This document shows positions 40,209 through 49,226 of a stretch of 64,000 bases of DNA, piece after piece; the stretch's first letter is position 1; each line of letters opens with the position of its first letter. This stretch comes from a virus (Duplodnaviria > Caudoviricetes): IMG/VR virus record IMGVR_UViG_651703101_000001, positions 1-64,000 of that record; one strand, given 5' to 3'. The notes beneath the pieces were generated by a model. It was not told the origin of the DNA and did no database searches. It worked only from the letters and a program-made list of their open reading frames with translations. A program made the position numbers and the translations under genes.

Positions 40209-42623
40209 ATGGTCGTAAAAACAGCTAGTCCTGGTATCATAGTCAATGAAGTTGACTTGACAAAGGGAACTATTGATGCCATCACATCAAACGTTGGTGC
40301 ATTTTGTGGTCCTTTTGAAAAAGGCCCCGTTGATGAGTTTGTTTTGATCAACACTGAAGCAGAATTCCAAAGAGTATTTGGAAATCCTACAGAAGAGAAT
40401 TATGAATATTGGTGGACAGTTTCAAACTTCCTAGAATATGGTGGAGTTTGCTATGTCGTCCGTTGTGATGATGCTGCAGGTGATGGTTCTGAACTACTGA
40501 ATCCAAATCCTCAAACAATGAAAACTGCGACTGACGGAGCACAGGCAGTTTATGTTAAGAACGAAGATGACTTCACACTTAACTGGAAAGGTGTTGCCGC
40601 AGGAAAATTTATTGCAAGAAACCCAGGAACTTGGGGAAACAATCTTGGGATTGCTGTAATTGACCGTGGAGCTGACTATCAGTTTGACTTAAGTACGTCC
40701 AATATTACTGATGTGGTAGATGGTACTGCTGCAGCACCAGGAACTACATGGGACGTTGGCGTACAAGGTGGTGATATCGTTGGATCCTATGCTAAGATCA
40801 TCCTAGACGGTGCTGGTCCACAAGTTGCACCAGGCACATTCATTGAATTCATGGATGGTGCACAATCTATTGGATCCGGTCATCTTGTCAGTATTGATGA
40901 TACTAATGCTGATGAAATTTATCAAGTTATCGTTACTGATGGTACCTTTGTTGGAGCTGATACTCTAGATATTGGAACCCAATCAGCAACTGTCACTGGA
41001 GCCTTAGCCCAGGGTGAATATGTACTCTATTCTTCTAGTGATATTCAAAATAGAGTCAATGTCAAATGGAATCCAGAAACATTGACAGTAGAAGAAGGAT
41101 TTGCATTGGGATGGCCTGCACTACCTAACAATGGCCAAAAGAGAGTTAACGCTGCAGGTGATACCTTTGTATACAACTCTGCAAATCAGGTTTGGGTAAT
41201 TCAGTATACTCCAAAACAGAATGATCTAATCACTGACGGTACTTCTGTTTTCAGAATCTCAACCTTTGCAGATTGGTATTCCTCACAAATTGCTTTCCAG
41301 GGAATTCCATGGTTCCGTTTTGCTTCCAGACCAACAACTACCGTTAACGCATTCGACAAGGGTGCAACAAATGACGGTCTGAATATCATTTTGTATGATA
41401 CAACTGGTGCACTTACTGGATCCAAGGGTAATGTTCTAGAACAATACTTTGGTGTTTCCAAACTAATCGGTGCACGTACACAAGAAGGTGAATTGAACTA
41501 TTACGTTGATGTTATCAACAACAGATCAAATTACATTTTTGCAAACAGAGACCTAACAGCATCAGACAGTGTAGATGAACTAAACGATTCTCTACTTTTG
41601 TCACCTCCAGGTTCAACTATCGGTGACGGTATTAACTGTTCATTCATCGATGTAAAAACTTATACATTGAGTGGTGGTGTAGATCAATTGGAGGCATCCT
41701 TGGGAGAACTACAAAATGCATACAACAAGTTTAACCGTGAGAATGTTTCAGACCTAGATTACATTCTTCAAGGGCCTGGACTTTCTAACTTTGACGATTC
41801 TATAGCTAAGGCGAACTTCCTTATCTCTATTGTAGAAGAGCGTAGGGACTGTATGTGTTTTATCTCCCCACCAAGATACATGGTAGTTAACCAGGCTGAT
41901 TCTGAGACTATCACAAAAAATATTATCTCTTTTGCTCAAGAACTTTCATCTTCTTCATATGCTGTATTCGATTCTGGATACAAGTATACATATGATAGAT
42001 TTAATGATAAGTATCGTTATGTTCCTCTGAATGGTGATGTTGCTGGTCTATTGGTATTCAGTTCTATCGTAGCTGAGCCATGGTTCTCCCCAGCCGGTAT
42101 GTCTAGAGGACAGATTCGTAACGTTGTTAAGCTTCCATACAACCCAAGTAAAACACAAAGAGACGAACTGTATGCAGATCGTGTTAATCCAATTGTCACA
42201 TTCCCTGGTGAAGGAACTGTTCTATTCGGAGATAAGACCGCTTTAGGTTATACCTCAGCATTTGATCGCATTAATGTTCGTAAGTTGTTCTTGGTTATTG
42301 AAAGAGCAATTGCTAAATCAGCAAGAACTAACTTGTTTGAATTTAACGATGATATTACAAGATCTCTCTTCAAGAATAATGTAAATCCATTCTTAAGAGA
42401 CGTGCAGTCTAAGAGAGGTATTTTCGACTTCTTGGTAGTTTGTGATTCAAGCAACAACCCACCAGAAATCATTGATCGTAATGAATTTATTGCCGATTTC
42501 TACATCAAACCATCTCGTTCGATTAATTACATCGGTCTTAACTTCATCGCAACCAAGACCGGAGTTACCTTCGATGAGAGCGTTGGCCTCTTTAGAGGAA
42601 CTAACCAAACAACCAACCGTTGA
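40209..42623 (+). CDS. gp18: Tail sheath protein gp18 with a large insertion domain
   Basis: SPG..V.EVDLT, F.KGPV, WFSPAG..RG, LFGDKT, FDRINVR.LF and IKP.RSIN.I.L.F.AT; late promoter at 40178-40183. Confidence 0.98.
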   Translation: MVVKTASPGIIVNEVDLTKGTIDAITSNVGAFCGPFEKGPVDEFVLINTEAEFQRVFGNPTEENYEYWWTVSNFLEYGGVCYVVRCDDAAGDGSELLNPNPQTMKTATDGAQAVYVKNEDDFTLNWKGVAAGKFIARNPGTWGNNLGIAVIDRGADYQFDLSTSNITDVVDGTAAAPGTTWDVGVQGGDIVGSYAKIILDGAGPQVAPGTFIEFMDGAQSIGSGHLVSIDDTNADEIYQVIVTDGTFVGADTLDIGTQSATVTGALAQGEYVLYSSSDIQNRVNVKWNPETLTVEEGFALGWPALPNNGQKRVNAAGDTFVYNSANQVWVIQYTPKQNDLITDGTSVFRISTFADWYSSQIAFQGIPWFRFASRPTTTVNAFDKGATNDGLNIILYDTTGALTGSKGNVLEQYFGVSKLIGARTQEGELNYYVDVINNRSNYIFANRDLTASDSVDELNDSLLLSPPGSTIGDGINCSFIDVKTYTLSGGVDQLEASLGELQNAYNKFNRENVSDLDYILQGPGLSNFDDSIAKANFLISIVEERRDCMCFISPPRYMVVNQADSETITKNIISFAQELSSSSYAVFDSGYKYTYDRFNDKYRYVPLNGDVAGLLVFSSIVAEPWFSPAGMSRGQIRNVVKLPYNPSKTQRDELYADRVNPIVTFPGEGTVLFGDKTALGYTSAFDRINVRKLFLVIERAIAKSARTNLFEFNDDITRSLFKNNVNPFLRDVQSKRGIFDFLVVCDSSNNPPEIIDRNEFIADFYIKPSRSINYIGLNFIATKTGVTFDESVGLFRGTNQTTNR

Positions 42624-42646
42624 CAACACTTAAGAGGTAAACAAAC

Positions 42647-43246
42647 ATGTCACAAAGAAGTATTGAAGATTTTAAGGCGGCGTTGTCCGGTGGTGGTGTA
42701 CGCCCTACTATGTTCCAGGTGGAACTTACATTCCCAGGAGATATCGTTGCCGATCCCAACCAGGCAACAAGTGATGGTATATTCCTAATCAAAGCTGCAG
42801 CACTCCCAGCAGCTACAGTTGGATCTATTGCAGTTCCGTTCAGAGGAAGACAACTTAAAGTTTCTGGAGATAGATCATTTGAAGACTGGCAAGTTACAGT
42901 CACAAACGATACCTCATTCCTTCTTCGTAAGGCCTTTGAGGAATGGTCTGAAAAGATTCAGAATTTTAACTATGTTCTTGGTGCAACTACTCTCGGTCAG
43001 TATTTCACCTCTGCAATTGTTCGTCAACTAGATAGAGATGGTCGTCAATTGAGAGCATATCGTTTTGAGGGAATTTGGCCAACTAATGTTGGGGCAATCG
43101 ACCTTAACTTTGAATCCACCGATTCGGTTGAAGAGTATCCAGTTACTTTTGCTGTCCAATATTGGGGAGCAATCGAGGATGGAGATCCTTTCACAAGTCC
43201 TGTTCCTACTGCTTCTACTTCAAATTTGAATGGAATTACGACCTGA
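42647..43246 (+). CDS. gp19: Tail tube protein gp19
   Basis: GGG.RP.MF.V, KAA.LP, VPFRGRQLKV.GDR.F..W.VTV.ND and WP..VGAIDL...EE..VTF..QYW. Confidence 0.97.
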   Translation: MSQRSIEDFKAALSGGGVRPTMFQVELTFPGDIVADPNQATSDGIFLIKAAALPAATVGSIAVPFRGRQLKVSGDRSFEDWQVTVTNDTSFLLRKAFEEWSEKIQNFNYVLGATTLGQYFTSAIVRQLDRDGRQLRAYRFEGIWPTNVGAIDLNFESTDSVEEYPVTFAVQYWGAIEDGDPFTSPVPTASTSNLNGITT

Positions 43247-43268
43247 TATACAAATATCAGAGTAGATC

Positions 43269-43294
43269 AAACCACCCATATAGGGTGGTTTTTT
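43269..43294 (+). terminator. Rho-independent terminator after gp19
   Basis: aaaccaccc-atata-gggtggttt followed by a T run. Confidence 0.85.
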
Positions 43295-43336
43295 ATTGCT
43301 TCCTAAATAATTGATAATAGAGTATAGAATATTATT

Positions 43337-45085
43337 GTGATTCCTAACAAGTCAGAAAAATTATTTGGTTTTTCATATAAGAAAGAAGACCCAAAAGAGA
43401 ACCTTTCAAAAATATCACCAGTTCCACCAAATTCAGATGATGGCGTTACTATCGCAGCAGGCGGATTGTATGGTTATTCAATGGATGATGGTGGTCAGAC
43501 CACTAAAGATTATGAATTAATCCGCAGGTATCGAGACATGGCCATGCATCCCGAAGTGGATTCTGCCATTGAAGAAATAGTCAATGAGGCGATTGTTTCA
43601 GACACGAATGATACTCCAGTAGCTATAGATCTTACAAATCTAGATATCTCAGAAAAGATTAAGGTAATTATGAGAGAAGAATTCTCATACATCTTACATC
43701 TTTTGGACTTTAACAACAATGCCCATGAAATATTCCGTAAATGGTATATTGATGGTAGATTGTTCTATCACAAAGTAATTGATCTTAATGCCCCAGAAAG
43801 AGGTATTACGGATCTTCGTAGTATAGATTCTCTTAAGATTAAACCTATAAGAGAATACAAAAGAGATACAGCGTTTACAAATTTGGAAACCGCTAAAGGA
43901 TTATCTTCCATGGATGCCAAGGCATTCGGTCAAGCAGCCAAAGCGTTTCCAGCTAAAATTGAAGAATATTTCCTATACAACAAAAGAGGAATCAATTATT
44001 TAGGGCTCGGTGGATATACCGGTAATGCTATGAATCAAGGAACTGTAAAGATTGCAAAAGACTCAGTTACTTATATCACCTCTGGATTAGTAAATGGAAA
44101 CAATGGCCAAGTTCTTTCTTATCTTGACAAGGCATTCAAGTCACTAAACCAACTCCGTTGGATGGAAGATGCCATTGTCATTTATCGTATGGCCAGAGCT
44201 CCAGAAAGAAGACTTTTCTACATCGATGTTGGCAACTTACCAAAACAAAAGGCTGAGGCATATCTTCGTGATGTTATGGCTAGATATAGAACTAGAATAA
44301 CATACAATCAGGCCACTGGAGAGATTCGTGATGAAAAGAATACAATGTCTATGTTGGAAGACTACTGGCTACCACGTAGAGAAGGAGGAAGAGGAACTGA
44401 AGTTTCTACACTTCCTGGGGGACAAAACCTAGGAGAACTATCCGACCTTGATTATTTTAAACAAAAACTTTATCAATCACTTAACGTCCCAGCAAGTAGA
44501 CTAGGTGAAGATGGATCCGGTGGTGGTGTGCAGATCGGACAATCTGATGACATTATGCGTGATGAGGTTAATTTCTCAAAATTCGTAGGAAGAATGAGAA
44601 AAAGATTCTCCATGCTCTTTATCGATATTCTGAAAACTCAATTGGTCCTTAAAGGTGTAACCTCACCTAAAGAATTTGACTCCATGAAGGAGCATATTCA
44701 ATTTGATTTCCAATATGATAATCACTTTGCAGAACTGCGTCAGCTTAATATTCTTCAACAAAAACTTCAGGCTGCAACAATGATGGAACCTTACATTGGT
44801 AAGTATTATTCAGTCTTCTATATTCGTAATGAAATTCTTGGTCAGACTGATGCTCAAATCAAAGATATCGATAGACAGATCTCTTACGAACGTAACGTTG
44901 GTATCATTCCCGATCCTAATGCTCAAATGCAACAGGAAGAGGAAGAACAAGAACCGGATCCAAATTTGCCACCGGAAGGTGATATGGATTTGAATGGAGA
45001 ACCATTACCTCCTGAAATGACACAAGCTGCTGGACCACCACCAGAAGGACAAGACCCATTGTCTCAACTATTAGGAACAATATGA
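43337..45085 (+). CDS. gp20: Portal protein gp20
   Basis: WYIDGR, RAPERR.FYIDVGNLPK.KAE.YL and MLEDYWLPRREGGRGTEV.TLPGGQNLG; late promoter at 43304-43309. Confidence 0.98.
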   Translation: MIPNKSEKLFGFSYKKEDPKENLSKISPVPPNSDDGVTIAAGGLYGYSMDDGGQTTKDYELIRRYRDMAMHPEVDSAIEEIVNEAIVSDTNDTPVAIDLTNLDISEKIKVIMREEFSYILHLLDFNNNAHEIFRKWYIDGRLFYHKVIDLNAPERGITDLRSIDSLKIKPIREYKRDTAFTNLETAKGLSSMDAKAFGQAAKAFPAKIEEYFLYNKRGINYLGLGGYTGNAMNQGTVKIAKDSVTYITSGLVNGNNGQVLSYLDKAFKSLNQLRWMEDAIVIYRMARAPERRLFYIDVGNLPKQKAEAYLRDVMARYRTRITYNQATGEIRDEKNTMSMLEDYWLPRREGGRGTEVSTLPGGQNLGELSDLDYFKQKLYQSLNVPASRLGEDGSGGGVQIGQSDDIMRDEVNFSKFVGRMRKRFSMLFIDILKTQLVLKGVTSPKEFDSMKEHIQFDFQYDNHFAELRQLNILQQKLQAATMMEPYIGKYYSVFYIRNEILGQTDAQIKDIDRQISYERNVGIIPDPNAQMQQEEEEQEPDPNLPPEGDMDLNGEPLPPEMTQAAGPPPEGQDPLSQLLGTI

Positions 45086-45228
45086 AATTATTAGTAAATG
45101 TTATTAAATCCGTTTGGAAATATTTCATAGAAGAACCACCAGGAGTTTACTATAGGGGTGGTTACCTCTATGAAAATACGAATAAACCAACAACTCCACG
45201 ACCACTAAAACTTAAAAGATCTAAATAA
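45082..45228 (+). CDS. Possible 48-aa small protein (not in the ORF track)
   Basis: ATGA overlap with the gp20 stop, aggaa upstream; MKLLVNVIKSVWKYFIEEPPGVYYRGGYLYENTNKPTTPRPLKLKRSK. Confidence 0.45.
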   Translation: MKLLVNVIKSVWKYFIEEPPGVYYRGGYLYENTNKPTTPRPLKLKRSK

Positions 45229-45249
45229 CTACAACAATAACAAAATATC

Positions 45250-45471
45250 ATGTCACAAGTCGTAGCACTAATTGATCTTATCGCTCAAGGTAAGAATGTT
45301 GAAGCTTCAGAAGTTCTCAATCAAGAACTTCTTGCAAGATCATATCAAAACATCAATGATATCACTCCACAAGTAGCACAAGAATACTTTGCTCCAGTGG
45401 TCGGTGATGCATCGGAAGATGATCAAATTAATGATGAAGAAACCGAAACAGAAGAGGATTCTGAAGAATGA
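45250..45471 (+). CDS. Small acidic prohead core protein (gp67-like position)
   Basis: 73 aa, acidic tail, between portal and protease; late promoter at 45222-45227. Confidence 0.7.
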   Translation: MSQVVALIDLIAQGKNVEASEVLNQELLARSYQNINDITPQVAQEYFAPVVGDASEDDQINDEETETEEDSEE

Positions 45472-46112
45472 GATTAATTGTAGAAGAAATTGAAAACGTT
45501 GAAGTCCTAACAGAAACCGTTAACGGTAAGAAATCTTTTTGGATTCAAGGTCCTTTCCTACAGGGTGATATCAAAAACCGTAATGGAAGAATTTACGAAT
45601 CAAGAATTCTTGCAAAAGAAGTTGGCCGTTACAATGAAAATTACGTGAATAAAGGAAGAGCAGTAGGAGAGCTCGGCCATCCCGATGGTCCTACCGTAAA
45701 CCTCGACCGTGTATCTCATAAGATCACTGAGCTCAAACAGAATGGATCCAATTTTATCGGAAAAGCCAAAATTCTAGAAACTCCAATGGGAAGAATTGCA
45801 TCCGCACTATTAAATGACGGTGTAACTCTCGGTGTTTCTTCCCGTGGTATGGGATCTCTTGTTGAAAGAGATGGAACAAAGTTCGTCGGTGAAGATTTCA
45901 TGTTGGCGACAGCCGCAGATATCGTTGCTGATCCATCTGCACCAGATGCATTCGTTCAAGGAATCATGGAATCCAAAGAATGGATTTGGGACAATGGACT
46001 ACTTAAAGAAGTTGAAGTTTCTCGTTCTAGAGATAGAATCAACGAAGCAGCACGTGCAGGTAGACTGGACGAACAAACATTAATTGAATTTGAGAGACTT
46101 CTATTTTCGTAA
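45468..46112 (+). CDS. gp21: Prohead core protease gp21
   Basis: NRNGR.Y, GELGHP, NLDRVSH, LGVSSRG.GS and DIVADPSAPDAFV.GIME.KEW. Confidence 0.97.
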   Translation: MRLIVEEIENVEVLTETVNGKKSFWIQGPFLQGDIKNRNGRIYESRILAKEVGRYNENYVNKGRAVGELGHPDGPTVNLDRVSHKITELKQNGSNFIGKAKILETPMGRIASALLNDGVTLGVSSRGMGSLVERDGTKFVGEDFMLATAADIVADPSAPDAFVQGIMESKEWIWDNGLLKEVEVSRSRDRINEAARAGRLDEQTLIEFERLLFS

Positions 46113-46140
46113 TTTGTTATAACAAATTTCAATTGCAATT
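46111..46140. promoter_or_regulatory. Perfect 18-bp palindrome AATTTGTTATAACAAATT plus 10-bp palindrome AATTGCAATT
   Basis: Read directly in the short gp21-protease spacer. Confidence 0.5.
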
Positions 46141-46146
46141 TTCAAA

Positions 46147-48057
46147 ATGCTAGAGAGTCGCGACAACCTAACACAATCTGTTAACAATTTAAACGTTTGT
46201 AGATGTAGAGCTTGTTCGGCTCTTTCTGTTGAAAGTACAGATACAAATCCTACTATCGCATACGCTTTACCTTCCTTAGATCAGAGTGTATCGATACTTC
46301 CATTGGTAGACACTTCCAATACATTCAAACTACACAGCAATCCTACAGCTACGAAGACAATCTTTTTGGATTTTGATGGTCATACTATATCAAATTCAGT
46401 GTGGGAAAATGGAGGAAACCTGAGACTTGGTTCTTTTTATTCAACTCTCAATTCTACAACCCTATCTGAAATTCAAAGAATTTGGCAAAGAATTGCAGAA
46501 GATTTTGCACCATTTAACATTAACGTAACGACACAAGATCCAGGTACTGCGGCTCTAACTAAATCTGGAGAAGGTGATGATACGTGGGGCATTCGTGTTG
46601 CATTCACATCCAATAGAAATCTAAACACCGGAAACCCTATCATTAATGCGGGTGGGGGTGGTACCGCTTATTACAACAGTTTTAATTGGAGCACAGATGA
46701 GGTTGCACTGGTATTCAACAGAGGTGAATATACAGCTGCTAATACCGCCAGCCATGAGATTGGCCATACTTTGAATTTGTTTCATGATGGAAATCCATCG
46801 ACTGTTTATTATCCAGGAGACAGTAGAACTGGAGCAACCGGTTGGGCTACAATCATGGGTGCACCATGGTTGGGAAATGACGAAGCACTTACACAGTGGG
46901 ATAGAGGTGAATATTCCGGAGCAAACAACCAACAGGATGATTTGGCGGTAATTACAGGAAACAACGGATTCGGATATAGAATCGATGATCACGGAAACAC
47001 ATTTAATACCGCCACACACCTAACAGGAACAACATTTAATAGATTTGGAATAATTGAAACAAATACAGATTTGGATGTTTTCAGATTTGAAACAGGAACA
47101 GGAGTTGTCAATATCAACATCGACAACTCTTCCAGAGCATATGTAAAAACATCTACCGGATTTACAGAATCGTATTTGGCATCTAGAGGTGCTAATTTAG
47201 ATATTGGTGTCTACCTATATTCAGCCGATGGTACACTCATTCAATATTATAATCCACAAGAAACAACCAATGTATCTATCTCTAGAGAATTAACACAGGG
47301 TACATATTACCTGAAGCTTGATGGAGTAGGTACACAGTATTATAGTGACTACGGAAGTCTTGGTCAGTATCTAATTACCGGTTCAGTTCATCAACCTATT
47401 GTTATTGTTGATCCTCCCGTAGATCCTCCTGCGGAAGAGCCTCCGATTGAAGAACCACCAGTAGATCCTCCATTTATTACAGTTCCTAAAGAATACTTTG
47501 CGAATTCAGGTGCAATAGAGGCTAAACGTAACTATTCTTCATCTTCTCCAATCACTATTAATGGTGGACTTGAAAATACTTATTCCAGCGACAATCAATA
47601 CATGGAAATAAGAGAGGGTCTGTTCTTCATCACAGGTTCTAGAGCTCTTTCTTTAGATGCATACGTATGGCAATTCGATAATGTAATCAATGCCAGAAAT
47701 ATAGAATTTGAAGGAAGAAGAACAAACAACAATAATGCAGATAATTTTATTATTCAATACTCAACAGATAAAGTCAATTGGACAAACGCAATGACTGTAT
47801 CTAGTGGAGTTGATCGCACCCTTACACATGAATTTACAGATCCAATCACAGGAACAATTTATGTAAAAGCATTTGACACCAAGCAAGGAAAAACAGATGG
47901 CAGACAAGTAGATTCTTTGTTTATCGATAAGCTTGTCATTAATGGAGATGCACTTATTCCTCAATTTTCTCCTTTTGATATATCAGAAGAACTAAATATT
48001 AGTAATCAAGTCTTCAGTCCTACACCACCTACGGAATACTTATTGAGTACAACATAA
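46147..48057 (+). CDS. Metzincin zinc metalloprotease with PPC domain (bacterial type)
   Basis: HEIGHTLNLFH zinc motif, Met-turn ATIMG, TIFLDFDGH and W.R.AED(F)APFNINVTT motifs, PPC-like D.F.F...GTYYLK..G...YGSLGQY, Pro-rich linker and C-terminal beta domain. Confidence 0.85.
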   Translation: MLESRDNLTQSVNNLNVCRCRACSALSVESTDTNPTIAYALPSLDQSVSILPLVDTSNTFKLHSNPTATKTIFLDFDGHTISNSVWENGGNLRLGSFYSTLNSTTLSEIQRIWQRIAEDFAPFNINVTTQDPGTAALTKSGEGDDTWGIRVAFTSNRNLNTGNPIINAGGGGTAYYNSFNWSTDEVALVFNRGEYTAANTASHEIGHTLNLFHDGNPSTVYYPGDSRTGATGWATIMGAPWLGNDEALTQWDRGEYSGANNQQDDLAVITGNNGFGYRIDDHGNTFNTATHLTGTTFNRFGIIETNTDLDVFRFETGTGVVNINIDNSSRAYVKTSTGFTESYLASRGANLDIGVYLYSADGTLIQYYNPQETTNVSISRELTQGTYYLKLDGVGTQYYSDYGSLGQYLITGSVHQPIVIVDPPVDPPAEEPPIEEPPVDPPFITVPKEYFANSGAIEAKRNYSSSSPITINGGLENTYSSDNQYMEIREGLFFITGSRALSLDAYVWQFDNVINARNIEFEGRRTNNNNADNFIIQYSTDKVNWTNAMTVSSGVDRTLTHEFTDPITGTIYVKAFDTKQGKTDGRQVDSLFIDKLVINGDALIPQFSPFDISEELNISNQVFSPTPPTEYLLSTT

Positions 48058-48111
48058 GGTTTTCCTAAATAAAACAAGGATCAACACTAAATAAAATAAA
48101 GATTGACAATT

Positions 48112-49194
48112 ATGGCTACTTCACAAAGTAAAACACAGGTAAATGCTAGAGCAGCTTCAGGCGATCCAATGCCTAAGTTGTCTGGTAATGTTGTTCCTGG
48201 AACTTCTAATTCTTATGAAGATTTAGGTGGTCCTACCAATACAGATTATAAGGCAGATAATGATTCTGCTAAATTAAATCTACGCCTTCCATCCCAATCA
48301 AAAACAGTAATAAATGATAAGGGTGGTCCTCACCAATCAACAGGTGGTGGAACTTCAAAGAAAGAATTGAAGCAAGGTGGTGAACAGGATTATGCTGGTT
48401 CCGAAGATGGAACTAAGTCTGGACGTACAAATCCTGGTCCAGAAAAGCTTGGTAGACAAGCATCTTATGAGCACACCGAAATTGATGAAACTGCCGGTGA
48501 GCAATTAGATGAACTTGCAGATAGTGCAAATGCATCGGAAGACTTTAAGGAAAGAGCCAAAGTCATTTTCGAGGCTGCACTTAACCAAAAACTCCAGCTG
48601 GAAGTTGCCAGACTGGAAGAAGAATTCTCTACACGTTTTGAGGAAGAGATTGGCGTCATCGCCGAGCAGGTAGAAGCCTTCCTCAACTATACTTCAGCCC
48701 AATGGCTGGAAGAGAACAGACTTGTGGTCGAAAACGGTATCCGTAACAAGCTCTCTGAGAGCTTTATGGGTGGTTTGAGATCACTATTTGAAGACCATTA
48801 TGTTACTCTCCCTGATGAGAAGTATGACATCTTTGAATCGATGGTCGCAAAACTTGATGAAATGGAAGACAAACTCAACGAACAGATTGACGTTAACGTT
48901 ACTCTGAATTCACAAATGAGCAGATTCCAGCGTGAGTCTATTCTTGCCGATGTATCTTGGGATCTTTCCGAGGTTGGTAAAGAAAGACTTGCTGGACTTG
49001 CTGAAAACGTAGAGTTTGAAAGTGAAGAATCTTATCGTAGAAAACTTGGCATTCTTAAGGAATCCTTTATCGAATCATCTTCTGGTGCATCCGGTGAATA
49101 TCTAGAGGAAGAGACTGAGATTCTACAACAAACAGAAAATGATAACTCTCCAATGGCAATTTATGCCAAAGCTCTGTCACGTTCTGTTCGCTGA
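48112..49194 (+). CDS. gp22: Prohead core scaffold protein gp22
   Basis: EDLGGPT..YK.D.DSAKL, SEDFK..A..IFEAA, W..EN...E.GI, LF..HY..P..K.D and KL..LKES; late promoters at 48066 and 48088. Confidence 0.93.
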   Translation: MATSQSKTQVNARAASGDPMPKLSGNVVPGTSNSYEDLGGPTNTDYKADNDSAKLNLRLPSQSKTVINDKGGPHQSTGGGTSKKELKQGGEQDYAGSEDGTKSGRTNPGPEKLGRQASYEHTEIDETAGEQLDELADSANASEDFKERAKVIFEAALNQKLQLEVARLEEEFSTRFEEEIGVIAEQVEAFLNYTSAQWLEENRLVVENGIRNKLSESFMGGLRSLFEDHYVTLPDEKYDIFESMVAKLDEMEDKLNEQIDVNVTLNSQMSRFQRESILADVSWDLSEVGKERLAGLAENVEFESEESYRRKLGILKESFIESSSGASGEYLEEETEILQQTENDNSPMAIYAKALSRSVR

Positions 49195-49226
49195 CAACAT
49201 TTCCACTAAACATAGGTAAAAACTAA

